63,998 nt of DNA, filler included, from Malassezia furfur (GCA_052055015.1; 36 parts of 36 records of this genome joined end to end with filler, not necessarily neighbours in it), one strand, 5' to 3'; counted from the whole stretch's first letter, positions 34,373 through 46,767 are shown. The notes: generated by a model not told the origin, from the sequence alone. Translations and numbers: made by a program.

Positions 34373-35306
34373 TGCCGTTCAGCAGGTCGGCGAGCGCCGT
34401 GCCGCGCTCGACCTTGAGCGTCTGGATGGCTGCGTGAGCGGGGCACGTACTCTGGTAGGCCGTCGTAAACTCTTGCTGGAGCATCGCCTGGAACGCCGTC
34501 TCGATGTCGCGCGGGTGCGGATGGCCCGTGCAGTTGTACACGGCGTCCTCGTCGATCACGCCGCCCGCCGCATGGCACGCCTGGAGGATGTTGAGCGCGC
34601 GGCGCATGTCCCCCTTGGCGAGCGTGAGGATCGCGTCGCGCGCCGCGGGCTCCACCTCGCAGTGCTCGGCGTCGATCACGTAGTCGACGCGGCGCGCGAC
34701 CTGCGCGGTGTCGAGCGGCGAGAAGCGGAAGCGCGTGCACCGGCTCTGGATCGCGGGGATGATCTTGTTGACGTAGTTGCAGATGATGCAGAAGCGCACG
34801 TTCTTCGTGTACTGCTCGATCACGCGCCGGAGCGCCGCCTGCGCCGCCTGCGTCATGGCGTCCGCCTCGTCGAGCACGATCAGCTTGAACGTGTCCTGCT
34901 GTGTGCTGAACACGTTGCGCGTGCTCGCGAACGACTTGATCTGCCCGCGCACGACGTCGATGCCGCGGTCGTCGGACGCGTTCAGCTCCAGCACGTGGTT
35001 CTTGAACTGCTTCCCGTACAGCCGGCGCGCGAGCGCCATGATCGTCGACGTCTTGCCCGTGCCCGGCGGGCCGTAGAAGAGCAGGTGCGGCAGCTGGTCC
35101 GCCTGCACAAACTTTTCGACTGCGTCAGCCGCGCAACGTACGGGTCGCGACAATGTGCGCGTGCGACAGGATGTCGTCGAGCGAGTCGGGGCGGTACTTT
35201 TCGACCCTGCATGTCAGTCGCCGGGCACGCACCAGGGGAGCACGTCGCGCCCCGGCGCGTCCGCGGGGGCGTCCGCCGCGCGCGCCTTGCCCTTCGCGTC
35301 GGCCAT
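34373..35306 (-). CDS. RFC3: Replication factor C subunit 3 (yeast Rfc3/human RFC5); introns 35207-35232, 35120-35141, 34430-34450; 3' truncated
   Basis: Spliced LPW|VEKYRP...IVATL|EKF; PHLLFYGPPGTGKT, LELNASDDRGID, DEADAMT, IQSRCTRFRF. Confidence 0.95.
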
Positions 35307-35353
35307 GGTCGTTCGCGCGCGCCCGATCGCACACGCCCGATCGAGTTCCCTCG

Positions 35354-36056
35354 ATGGCCGACGCGGCGTGGGTCGAGGCGGTGGACGCGGCGCCGGACGC
35401 GGCGCACCGCGTGCACGCGCTCGAGGCGCTCGACGCACACTGGCACGCACAGGGCGTGCACGATGTCGACGTCGGTGCCGTTTCGCTGGCCTACCACCTA
35501 CATAGCGCGACGCCCGCCGTGTCGCTCGCCGCGTGCGCCGCCCTCGAGACGCTCGTGGCCGCGGCGCACACGACACGCACCACGCTCACGCTCGTGCGCA
35601 GCGTGGCGCCCGCGGCCCTCGAGCGCACCGGCGACGCGCACGAGCGCGTGCGCGCGCACGCCGAGCAGCTTCTCGCGCACATCGCCGACAAGGCCTATGC
35701 GGTGGTGGACCACGGCGTGCGCGAAAGTGATGCGCCGCACACCGTGTGGGAGCGCCTCGTGCGCGACGTGGGCCTCACGGCGCCCGCGCCGCGCATCCGC
35801 ATCGCCGTGCTCCGCCTGCTGCCCGAGCTCAAGGCGCGGCATGCGCGCATGCACCTGCATCCGCTGCTCCCGGCGCTCGTCGACCAGGTGCAGGCGGGCG
35901 ACGCGGGGGTGCGTGCCGCGGCGCGCGACGCCATCGTCGCGATGTTTACCACTGCGCCGCACACCGCACACACCGACCTGCGCGACGCGCTGCACGACGC
36001 GGGGGTGCGTGCCGCGACGCAGGAGGCGCTCCTCGAGGCGGTCCTGCGGGGCGCCA
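35354..36056 (+). CDS. STU1: CLASP/Stu1-like TOG/HEAT protein, N-terminus
   Basis: ALERTGDAHERVR, VWERLVRDVGL, LPALVDQV..GDAGVRAAARDAIVAMF, DLRDAL...GVR. Confidence 0.65.
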
Positions 36057-36156
36057 NNNNNNNNNNNNNNNNNNNNNNNNNNNNNNNNNNNNNNNNNNNN
36101 TTAATTAATTAANNNNNNNNNNNNNNNNNNNNNNNNNNNNNNNNNNNNNNNNNNNN

Positions 36157-37677
36157 GCGGGGGGGCAGCCGGCGGGGGGACCCTTTGGGTCGCAGCCGAG
36201 CCAGCCCTTTGGGTCGCAGCCGACCGGCCAGCCTTTCGGGACGCAGCCGACCGGCCAGCCTTTTGGGTCGCAGTCGAGTCAGCCCTTCGGAGCGCAGCCG
36301 ACCGGCACCCCTTTCGGAACACAGCCAACTGGCACCCCTTTCGGAACGCAGCCGACTGGCACCCCCTTCGCAGCGCAGCCGACTGGCACCCCCTTCGCGA
36401 CACAACCCACTGGGGCCTTTGGGCCGTTTGCCACCCAGCCGAGCCCCGCCCCATCCAGCGGGATTCCACCGGCCATCGCCCAGCGGCTGCAGGCGCAGCG
36501 CACGGCGTCTTCGGCGCCCGCGTCGCCCAAGGGCACGCCGGCCGCTGTGCCCGCCAAAGTATCGTTCGCGACCGCCACGCCGCCGCCCAAACCTGACTCG
36601 TCGACGAGCAGTGCGCCCAAGCTCAAGCCGCAAAAGACCGGCTCGATGAACCCCTTTTCGATCCCGAGCGATTTTGAGGAGCCCGCGCCGCCGCCGCAGC
36701 CAAAGCAGCCGTCGCTCGCGGAGCTGGCGTCGCAGTCATGGCTCGGCACCAACGAACCGCTCGTGCAGGAGCCGACGTCGATGCCCGAGCCGATGGCGCC
36801 GCAGTCGACCGGCCTGATGAGTAGCATCGCGTCCGAGTTTGCGCGCCCCGGCGCCGGCGGCAGTGCGGCGCCGCACAGCGCCAGCATCAGCACGGCAGCT
36901 GCCGCCCCGCCGCGCAGCGCCAGCATCAGCACGGCCGCCGCCGCCCCGCCGCGCAACGCCAGCATCAGCACATCCGCCGCGCCGCCGCGCAGCGCCAGCT
37001 TTGCGCCCGAGCCTTTCGGCGCGGCGAGTGGAGGTGCGCCGCCGGATCCCTGGGCGCGGCCGTTGGGGCCGCAGCGCACGGGCGCCGGCACCGACGGCCC
37101 GTGGAGCGCTGCGCCCAAGGACGCCGCAGGCGCGCACGGCCCGATGCCGTCGATCTGGGGCAGCGTCTCCCCGGCATGGGACACGCAGCCGCGCGCGTCG
37201 CAGCCGTGGACGCCGTCAGAGGCGCTGCGCACGTCGTCGTTCGATGTGTCGGGCACCGCGCCCCTCGACACGCAGCGCACCGGTGCGCCGTCGCATGCGT
37301 TCCCGTCGGCGTTCTCGCCGTCGGGACGCAGCCACACGGGCCTGGGCATTTCGTCGCACACCGCGGACGCGTCGGCGACGGCGCCGCGCGCCGACCTGGC
37401 GCCCCACGCGACGGGAGGCACGCCGTCGTTTGCCGGCGCGGGCTTTTCGTCGCCGTTCTCGGCGTCGTCGCCGACGTTCCCCAACCCCCACCAGCCGACG
37501 GGCCTGGCGAGCCAGCCGACGGGCCTGACGAGCCAGCCGACGGGCTTTGGCGGGATCAAGCCATTCCAGCCCACGAGCTCGTTTGGGCACAGCCTGCTCA
37601 AGCACCACGGCCAGGCGCCCGACGCGGCGCCCGCGCGCGGCGCGGCGCCGCCCACGCAGGACCTGCTCCAGCTGTAG
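36157..37677 (+). CDS. Endocytic adaptor C-terminal tail (AP180/epsin-like)
   Basis: Many QxTG motifs, an NPF motif (PQKTGSMNPF) and terminal clathrin-box-like DLLQL*. Confidence 0.7.
   Translation, partial: AGGQPAGGPFGSQPSQPFGSQPTGQPFGTQPTGQPFGSQSSQPFGAQPTGTPFGTQPTGTPFGTQPTGTPFAAQPTGTPFATQPTGAFGPFATQPSPAPSSGIPPAIAQRLQAQRTASSAPASPKGTPAAVPAKVSFATATPPPKPDSSTSSAPKLKPQKTGSMNPFSIPSDFEEPAPPPQPKQPSLAELASQSWLGTNEPLVQEPTSMPEPMAPQSTGLMSSIASEFARPGAGGSAAPHSASISTAAAAPPRSASISTAAAAPPRNASISTSAAPPRSASFAPEPFGAASGGAPPDPWARPLGPQRTGAGTDGPWSAAPKDAAGAHGPMPSIWGSVSPAWDTQPRASQPWTPSEALRTSSFDVSGTAPLDTQRTGAPSHAFPSAFSPSGRSHTGLGISSHTADASATAPRADLAPHATGGTPSFAGAGFSSPFSASSPTFPNPHQPTGLASQPTGLTSQPTGFGGIKPFQPTSSFGHSLLKHHGQAPDAAPARGAAPPTQDLLQL
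36181..36414 (+). repeat. Coding tandem repeat, ~9 x 21-27 nt (PFGxQPTGx)
   Basis: ccctttgggtcgcagccgaccggccag-like units. Confidence 0.85.
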
Positions 37678-37930
37678 CCCGTAGCGCCCCTGATCACGTG
37701 AGCCACGCCGAAGGCACGCCCGGCGCGGCGCGCGGGTGGAGTGCAGGCGACATGCCGCCGAGCACGCAGGTGAGCGCGTCGGCGGCCGCAACCTTGCGGC
37801 GCTTCGCGAGCCTCGAGGGGGGGGACGCTGNNNNNNNNNNNNNNNNNNNNNNNNNNNNNNNNNNNNNNNNNNNNTTAATTAATTAANNNNNNNNNNNNNN
37901 NNNNNNNNNNNNNNNNNNNNNNNNNNNNNN

Positions 37931-39488
37931 CGCGCCGGGCGGCGTGATTGAAGACTCGCGCACGCTTGCGCCCGTGCAGCCGCTGCCGCAGTCCGAGGTG
38001 CTTGCGCGCGTGCGCGCGAGCACGTCCGCCGCGCAGGACAAGCAGGACCTCGCCGACGAGGACGCCGCACACAAGGCCGCCGCGCAGTGGCAGCTGAGCC
38101 TGCACGGCACGCTGCTCAGCCTGCAGAGCAAGGAGATGATCGCGTTCGACAGCACCGAGGAGCACCCGCTGTACCTCACGCTCGACGGGCGCGAGACGGT
38201 GCGCCTCGGCGCGCCCGAGGCGCGGCTCTGGGCGCTGCTCCCGGAGGATGCGTCGCAGGGCGTGCCGCTCGGCGCGCTGCAGGACGCGCTCGGCGCCGAC
38301 ACGCTCAAGCAGGCGCAGGCGCGCGCGTTCCGCAACAAGCTCGCGCGCCGCCTGCCCGACGGCGCGCTCGCGCGCGCCGAGGGCGTCGCCGCCTTCTCGG
38401 ACGACGCGCGCGCCGAGCTGCTGACGATCGCCGAGACGGGCCGCCTGGGCGACGACAAGAAGCTCGCGGAGCTCAAGAAGCGCAAGATGGTCGCGCAGCG
38501 CAAGCTGCTCGCGTTCCGCATTGCCAAGGGCCCGCAGTTTGCGCGCACCATCCAGAAGCTCGAGACGGACCTCACCGCGGAGCTGCTGGCGTCCGGCGCG
38601 TGGAAGACGGCGGCATTCAAGAAGTACAACCTGGACGCGGCGGGCGTCGTGCCGCCGAGCGGCGCGCTGCACCCGCTGCTCAAGGTGCGCGCCGAGTTCC
38701 GCAAGATCTTCTTCGAGATGGGCTTTGCGGAGATGCCGACGAACCGCTTCGTCGACTCGTCGTTCTGGTGCTTCGACTCGCTGTTCGTGCCGCAGCAGCA
38801 CCCCGCGCGCGACGTGCAGGACACCTTCTTCGTCGCGGACCCGCCCGCGGCGCAGGAGATCCCCGAGGCGTACCTCGCGCGCGTCGTCGAGGCGCACGAG
38901 CGCGGCGCGTTCGGCTCGATCGGCTACCGCTATCCGTTTGACCGGCGCGTGACCGAGTCGCTCGTGCTGCGCACGCACACGACCGCGGTGTCGTCGGCGA
39001 TGCTGTACCAGATCGCGAACCAGCCGGGCGGCTTCCGCCCCGCGAAGCTGTTCAGCATCGACCGCGTGTTCCGCAACGAGGCCACCGACATGACGCACCT
39101 CGCCGAGTTCCACCAGGTGGAGGGCGTCGTGGCCGACTACGGGCTGACGCTCGGCGACCTGATCGGGTTCATGCAGATCTTCTTCACGAAGATGGGCGTG
39201 AAGCGCCTGCGCTTCAAGCCCGCGTACAACCCGTACACGGAGCCGAGCCTCGAGATCTTCTCGTACCACGACGGCCTGCGCAAGTGGGTCGAGATCGGGA
39301 ACAGCGGCATGTTCCGCCCCGAGATGATCCGCACGATGGGCATCCCCGAGGGCGTCAACGTGCTCGGCTTCGGCCTCTCGCTCGAGCGCCCGACCATGAT
39401 TCGCTACGGGATCCGCGACATCCGCCACCTCGTCGGGCACAAGGTGCCGCTCGACGCCGTGGAGCACGCACCGGCCGTCCGGTTCTGA
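37931..39488 (+). CDS. FRS2: Cytosolic phenylalanyl-tRNA synthetase alpha subunit; 5' truncated
   Basis: GALHPLLKVR, FDSLFVPQQHPARDVQDTFF, LRTHTTAVS, FSIDRVFRNE, HLAEFHQVEG, PAYNPYTEPS, GLSLERPTMI. Confidence 0.96.
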
Positions 39489-39704
39489 AATAGACACACG
39501 CACGTGGCATTTAAGCGCGCACGTAAGAGAAGACCGGCGGCGCACCGGCGGCGCTTCGGCGGCGGCGTTCCTGCCCCTGGCCTCCGTACCTTGCAACCCA
39601 ACCCNNNNNNNNNNNNNNNNNNNNNNNNNNNNNNNNNNNNNNNNNNNNTTAATTAATTAANNNNNNNNNNNNNNNNNNNNNNNNNNNNNNNNNNNNNNNN
39701 NNNN

Positions 39705-41374
39705 GCTGCCGCGCAGCGCCGACACGTACGTGGCGCTTGTTGCGGTACTGCGCGCCGGGCGCATCTACCTCCCCCTCGACGAGACGCTGCCGCCCGCGCG
39801 GCGTGCGCAGCTCGTGCAGGACAGCGGGTGTGCGCTCGTCGTGGCGCCTACGGAGGGCGAAGTCGACGACGTGCCGTGCACGACGGTCGGCGCGCTTGTC
39901 GAGGCGGGCGCGGAGCATGCTGCGCCGCCGCCGCCCGCCGCGTCCGACGTCGCCTACCTCCTCTACACCTCTGGGAGCACTGGCACGCCCAAGGGCTGCC
40001 TCTTGTCGCACGCGAACCTCGGCGCGGCGATCGCCAACTTCTTCGCGCGCTTCGAGGCCGCACGGCCGCACACGCTGGACGACGGCGCGCGGTTCCTCGC
40101 GCGCAGCGCCGAGGCGTTTGACGTGCATCTCCTCGAGGCGCTGCTCCCGCTGACCGTGGGCGCGACGATCGTCACAATGCCGCGCGCGCGGCTCCTGCGC
40201 GACCTCGGCGCAGCGATGGCCGCCGCGCGGCCGACGCATGCGTGCGTGGTGCCGTCGCTGTTCACCACGCACGGGCGGCGTGTCGTGCCCGAGGACCTGC
40301 CGACGCTGCGCCTGCTGGTCGTCGGCGGCGAAAAGATCGACGACGCGATCCTCACGGCGTGGGGCGACGCGCCGATCCCTGTGCTGAATGCGTACGGCCC
40401 GACCGAGGCGACGATCGGCATCTCGTGTGCGACAGTGACGCGCGACGCGCTCGCGACGCAGATCGGGCACGCGTTCGGCGGCAATCAGTACGTGGTGCTG
40501 ACCGGCGACGCGTCCGACGCCGCGCGGCGCGTCGCGCTCCGCGGCGAGGCCGGCGAGCTGTGCATCGTCGGCACCCACGTGGGGCTCGGCTACCTCCACA
40601 CGCCCGACGCGCGCGCGTTTTTTGCCCATGCGGGGCACGCCGCGTACGCCACGGGCGACCGCGCGCGCATTGCGCCGGACGGCAGCGCCGAGTACCTCGG
40701 GCGCCTCACTGCGTCGCAGGTCAAGGTGCGCGGCGCGCGCGTCGAGCTCGACGAGGTGACGGCGCATGTGCGGGAGACGAGCGGCGTGCCGCACGTCGCG
40801 ACGGCGCTGCTGACGCACGGCGCACGGCCCGAGCCGCACCTCGTGACGTTTGTTGCGCGCGCGGCGCATGCGCCGGACGGCGCCCTGGAGCGCGCCGACG
40901 ACGTGTGCGACGTGCACGCGCTGCATGCGCGGCTGCGCGCCGAGCTGAGCACGTACATGGTGCCGAGCGTCGTGGTGCCGCTCGCCTACCTGCCGCTCGC
41001 GAGCGTGTCTGGGAAAGTGGACACGCACGCGCTGCGCGCGTGGTACGAGGCGAGCGCCATGGAGGCCATCGCGCCCGCGGACGACGCGCCGCCCACGACC
41101 GATGCGGAGCGCAGCGTCGCCGAGGCGGTCGTGGCGACGTTGGCGCTGCGCACGCCGCCGGGCGTGCACGCCGATCTGTTCAGCTACGGCCTCGACTCGA
41201 TCCGGGCGGTGCGGCTTGCGTACGCGCTCGAGGAGCGCAGCGTGCGTGTGCCGCTCGCGACGGTGCTGAGCACGCCGACGATCGCGGGGATCGCCGCGCA
41301 CGGACCCAAAGCCGCCGCGGCGTCAGCACCCGCGGCGGACCCGGGCGCGGGCGCGGACGCGGACGCGTACGCGG
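39705..41374 (+). CDS. NRPS fragment: adenylation domain plus thiolation (PCP) domain, possibly a ferrichrome-type siderophore synthetase
   Basis: AYLLYTSGSTGTPKG, AFDV, NAYGPTE, GELCIVG, YATGD, QVKVRG, SGKVD; PCP motif DLFSYGLDSI. Confidence 0.9.
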
Positions 41375-41474
41375 NNNNNNNNNNNNNNNNNNNNNNNNNN
41401 NNNNNNNNNNNNNNNNNNTTAATTAATTAANNNNNNNNNNNNNNNNNNNNNNNNNNNNNNNNNNNNNNNNNNNN

Positions 41475-42071
41475 CCGCGTTAGCCCCCGCACCCTCGGCG
41501 CCAGGGCGCGGCACATCGTACGCCTTGCAAACTGCGTCAGGATCGCCACGCACTCTCGTCCATGTACGCGTCCACCAGCTCCGGCGGGGGCATGTGGAAC
41601 GCCAGCTTGCGCGTGATGCGCGGCGATACGCACTCGTCCACGTTATCCAGCGCATCCTTGGCGAGCTCGGGGCCGTAGCGCGCTGCCAGCATCTCTTGCA
41701 ACGTGTGCAGCTCGACGAGCTCGGTGCGGTGCGCCGCATGCAGGATCGCCAGCAGCGGCTCGCGGATCGCCTCGGGCGGCTCCGTGCTGGGTGAGTGCTT
41801 GCACGTACCCTGGCATCTCGAGCAGCGCAAAGCGCGCATAGAGCGTCTCGCAGTACAGCTCGAGCAGCTCGAGCAGCTCAATGTGCACGTCGTCCATGAT
41901 CAGCGACTCGGTCTTGACGCGCGCCGTCTCGACCTTGCCGCGCACAACCAGGTCGGCAATATCGCGCCGCGCCTTCTTCGCGAGCGACTCGCGCTTCGCC
42001 TGCAGCATGTGCGCGCGCTGTACCGCGAGCTTGAGCTGCACCTTGGTCCGTCCGCTCGCCCACCGGACCAT
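41475..42071 (-). CDS. IST1: ESCRT-III-associated Ist1; introns 41787-41808 and 41532-41553; 3' truncated
   Basis: TKVQLKLAVQR, ARRDIADL, ARVKTESLIMDD, ELLELYCETLYARF, LVDAYMDEI|CKAYDV. Confidence 0.9.
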
Positions 42072-42129
42072 GGTGTGGAGGCTGAGTAAGACACGCGACG
42101 CGCGCGCGCGCGCTTCTTTCGGACACGCC

Positions 42130-43141
42130 ATGGCCGCCCGCGACCCGGTGCGTGTGTCGAGTGCGGGGGCGCCGGCGCCGCACGCGCCCCTGTACACCGA
42201 CACAAGCTTGGACGATGTGCTGGCGATGGTCGACGAGCACGCGCTCGAGCGCGACGAGTCCGTCGACCCGATGGCGCTCCTTGCGTACTACCGCCGGCTG
42301 CTGCCCTTCCGCTCGCTGTTCACCTGGCTGAACCAGGACGTGGCGCTGACGCGCAGCTTTACGCACCGCGAGTTTGCATTCACGCTGCAGAACGACGCGT
42401 ACCTCCGCTACCAGAGCTTCTCCAGCTGGGACGAGTGGAAGCGCGAGGTGTGCCGCCTGAACCCGTCGCGTTTCGAAATCGGGCCCGTGTACAGCGCCAA
42501 GCCCAAGGACCGCAAGACGATGCAGAAAGCCAGCTTCCGGCCCGTGGAGCGCGAGCTCGTGTTCGATATCGACATGACCGACTACGACGAGATCCGCACG
42601 TGCTGCTCCGACAAGCAGATCTGCGCGCGGTGCTGGAAGCTGATTGCAGTCGCCGTCGAGGTGCTCGACGGCGTGCTCTGCGAAGACTTTGGCTTCCGCC
42701 ACATCGTCTGGGTGTACTCCGGACGCCGCGGCATCCACTGCTGGGTGTCGGACCCCGAGGCGCGCGCGCTCCCGGACGAGGCACGCAAGGCGCTCGTCGG
42801 CTGGACCGAGGTGATCCGCGGCAGTGCGAACCAGACGAAAAAGGTCGCGCTCGGCAACGCGGCGCCCGGCGCGCCGCGCGTGCTGCACCCGAGCCTGCGC
42901 CGCGCACTCGGCGCCGACGTCGTGGCCAACTCGGGCTCGCAGGGGACGGCGTCCGCCGCGCGCGGCCCCCTGCAGCGCGCCTTTTTCGACACAATCCTCA
43001 CGGACCAGGACGTGTTCCGCGAGCGCGCGCGGTGGGAGACGCTGCTCGCGCTGCTCCCGGCCAACGACAGCGAGGCGGTGGCGCGTCTCGAGGCCAAGTG
43101 GGCCGCCGCGCCGCGCTCGAGCGTGCGCAAGTGGGACGACG
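42130..43141 (+). CDS. PRI1: DNA primase small (catalytic) subunit; 3' truncated
   Basis: YYRRLLPF, HREFAFTL, YLRYQSF, RELVFDIDMTDYD, WVYSGRRGIHCWV. Confidence 0.96.
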
Positions 43142-43241
43142 NNNNNNNNNNNNNNNNNNNNNNNNNNNNNNNNNNNNNNNNNNNNTTAATTAATTAANNN
43201 NNNNNNNNNNNNNNNNNNNNNNNNNNNNNNNNNNNNNNNNN

Positions 43242-44904
43242 GCCATGTGTTCCGCACGGACGACACCTTTACGCCGGCGGCGGTGCGCGAGAAGATTGAC
43301 GAGATCCTCGACTTTGAGGAGAACCCCGAGTACCCGCGGCGCATCACGGACGCCAACTACCTCGAGCTGCTCGAGCGTGCGAAGAGTGCGCCGGAGAATG
43401 CGCAGGGCGATGCGCCGGTGAGCTTCAAGGACCAGACGGTGCTGATCACCGGTGCCGGTGCGGGTCTCGGCAAGGCGTACGCGGTGCTGTTTGGCCGCCT
43501 GGGCGCGAATGTGGTGGTGAACGACTTTAGCGAGAAGAACGCCAACGCGGTCGTCGACGAGATCAAGAAGAACGGCGGCCAGGCGGTTGCGAGCGTGGGC
43601 TCCGTCGAGGACGGCGAGAAGCTCGTCAAGGACGCCATGGACGCGTTCGGCAGCCTGCACGTGGTGGTGAACAACGCGGGCATTCTGCGCGACAAGTCGT
43701 TTGCCGGGGCGACGGCCGAGGACTGGAACGCGGTGCAGAATGTGCACCTGCGCGGCACGTACAAGGTGTGCAAGGCGGCATGGCCCATCTTCCAGCAGCA
43801 AAAGTACGGCCGGATCATCAACACCACGTCGGCGGTGGGCATCTACGGCAACTTTGGCCAGGCGAACTACTCGACGGCCAAGTCGGGCATTTTGGGCCTG
43901 ACGCAGACGCTCGGTGTGGAGGGCGCCAAGTACAACATCCTGGCGAACACCATTGCGCCGAACGCCGGCACGGCGATGACCTCGACCATCTGGCCGCAGG
44001 AGATGGTGGATGCGTTCAAGCCCGAGTACGTGGCGCCGATCGTGGCGTACCTCGGCAGCAAGGACAACACCGAGGTGACGCGCGCGCTGTTTGAGGTGTC
44101 GGGCGGCTGGGTGGCCGCCGTGCGCTGGGAGCGTGCGGGCGGCAAGGCGTTCAAGGGCAAGGACATTGGCCCGGAGAAGATCGCCAAGAACTGGGCCAAG
44201 ATCACCGACTTTGACCCCGAGCGTGCGTCGTGGCCGACGTCGCCGAGCGAGTCGCTGGGCGACATTGTGGCCAACTTTGGCGCCGAGGGCGACGACGAGG
44301 ACGACGAGGGCGCGGGCGAGGGCGAGAGCTTCGACGACCCCGAGGACCCGCAGCTCGTGAAGGACGCCAAGGCACAAAAGGCGGACGCGACCGAGTTTGC
44401 CTACGGCGAGCGCGACGTGATTCTGTACAACCTGTCGGTCGGCGCCACCGAGAAGCAGCTCGACTTTGTGTACGAGCAGGCGGACAACTTCCAGGCGCTG
44501 CCGACGTGGGGTGTGATCCCCCAGTTCAGCGCGGGCACCAACCTGAACCTCGACTTCCTGCCCAACTTTAGCCCGATGATGCTCCTGCACGGCGAGCAGT
44601 ACCTCGCGATCAAGGGCCCCGTGCCGACCGAGGGCGTGGTGGTGAACCAGCCGCAGCTCATCGAGGTGCTCGACAAGGGCAAGGCCGCCGCGGTCACCAC
44701 GCGCACGCTCACCACCAACAAGGAGACGGGCGAGGTGATCTACGAGAACCAGAGCACGCTCTTTATCCGCGGCTCGGGCGGCTTTGGCGGCAAGAAGACG
44801 GGCCGCGACCGCGGCGCGGCGACCGCGGCGAACGCGCCGCCGAAGCGCGAGGCCGACAAGGTGATCCGCGAAAAGACGACCGAGTCGCAGGCCGCGCTGT
44901 ACCG
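43242..44904 (+). CDS. FOX2: Peroxisomal multifunctional beta-oxidation protein (second SDR domain plus hydratase 2), internal fragment
   Basis: ITGAGAGLGK, NNAGILRDKSF, GNFGQANYSTAK, ERDVILYNLSVG, LLHGEQYL, FIRGSGGFGG. Confidence 0.95.
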
Positions 44905-45004
44905 NNNNNNNNNNNNNNNNNNNNNNNNNNNNNNNNNNNNNNNNNNNNTTAATTAATTAANNNNNNNNNNNNNNNNNNNNNNNNNNNNNNNNNNNNNNNN
45001 NNNN

Positions 45005-46666
45005 CTGCGTGGGCGAGTCGGGCGCCGCCCATGCGTCGCGCCTGCGCCGCGCGCTGCCCGCCGCGCTCGAGGTGGGCGTCGGCGTAGTGGAGGCGAGGCC
45101 CCAGGCGCTCGCACCGGATGCCCACGCATCGTGCGGCGTCGGAAGAAGCAGCGAGCTCGGCCAGTCGTAGAGCGCGCGGGTCGTAGGGGTGTGTGTATCG
45201 TACATGGGAGTGGACAGCGCCGCACGCGGCGTCTGCATTAGGTAGCGCGAGGGCGTCGGCAGCAGGTCGGCTGCGTGCATCCGCGGCGACGCGCCACTCG
45301 GCGCCGCGGTGCGCCGCCTGCGCACCTCGCTGGGCGCCACATGGCGGCTCGGCGTCGTGAGGATGTCCATGCTGGGCGGCGGCGAGGGAGTGCGCCATGC
45401 ATGCTCCGATGCCGCCGAGGACAGGGGCGAAGTGAGGGGGATATCGGACACCGCGTACGCATACTGCCCGGGGCCCTCGCGCGGCACACGCACGCGCTGG
45501 GGGCTCGGCGCAAGCGACAGCATTGTGCCGGGGTGCGCATGCGACGCAAAGCCCGCACGTGCGCCGCGGGGCGGCTTGGCCTCCGCGGCACCGACGCCCG
45601 CGGCACGCTCGTAGCAGTCGTCGCATACCCAGTCGTGTGCGCCGAGCTGGTCGACATGGCATACGCCGACGCACGCGAGGTGCAGCCAGCGCGAGCACCC
45701 GTCGCACTGCACCATGTCCATGTGTGGGTCGGTAAAACCGCAGCGGCATCCCATCACAGGCGCAATGCCGCGCGCCGTCAGGGCATGTGCGGTGTGCGCC
45801 ATGCGGCGGCGCAGGCGGCGCTTGGGGCCCGCCGCCGGCGTCGTGCCGGGGCGCGGTCCGCGGCGGCCGTCTGCCCCGATCCACCAGTCTTTGCACGACG
45901 TGTGCCGCATCCGGGGCACACGGTGCCGGCGGCACTGGTCGCGCAGGAGCTTGGCGACCATCGGGTGGTGATACGACTCGGCGGCGGGCTGCCGCGCATT
46001 TTCCTCGGCATCGTCGTCCGAGTCACTCAGCGACGCACGCGCGAGCCAGCGCGCAATCTGGCGCCGGCGCTGTGCGGTGTGCCGCGCAGCGGCTTCGTAC
46101 GTGCCGCTCCATGCATTGTGCGGCGAGTCGGGCCACGCTGGGCGCTCAGGCAGCGTGTGCGCCGTACCAGCGAGCGGCGTGCCACGTACATCGCTGGAAG
46201 AAGGCGGCGCGCTGATGAGAAGTGGGGGCATCACGACGCGCCCGAGCCCCTCAACGTCCACCGGACACAGTGCGGCGCCAGAGCGCTGGGGCGCGGCATC
46301 CGGGTGAGACACGTGGGTCATCGGATCGATGCGCGCAAGCGGCTTGCACAGTTCGTGGAGCGGCGAGAGCGGCGGCGAGGGTGGTGCGCCGGCGTGCTCG
46401 CTGCGCATCGCTGGCTGGGCGCGCCCATGGGAAGAACGCAAGACGTACTGTGTGCGTCCCCAAGTTCCGCGCATCGACGACGGCGACGATGACGGCGAGG
46501 CGACGATCGGCGCCGGCGCGCGTGCGCGCGGCTTGCGCGGCGTCGAGGCAGGGCCTGGCGCAGAGGACGACTCGAGCATCGAGGCAGGCGCTGCGTCGAG
46601 CGGCCGGCGGGAGCGAACGAACGGCGCGTGGCCGCCGCGCGGTGGAGGCGGCCCCCGCACGCGGGT
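45005..46666 (-). CDS. PHD-finger protein, otherwise disordered; fragment
   Basis: CRCG...MVQCDGCSRWLHLACVG...WVCDDC. Confidence 0.8.
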
Positions 46667-46767
46667 NNNNNNNNNNNNNNNNNNNNNNNNNNNNNNNNNN
46701 NNNNNNNNNNTTAATTAATTAANNNNNNNNNNNNNNNNNNNNNNNNNNNNNNNNNNNNNNNNNNNNC

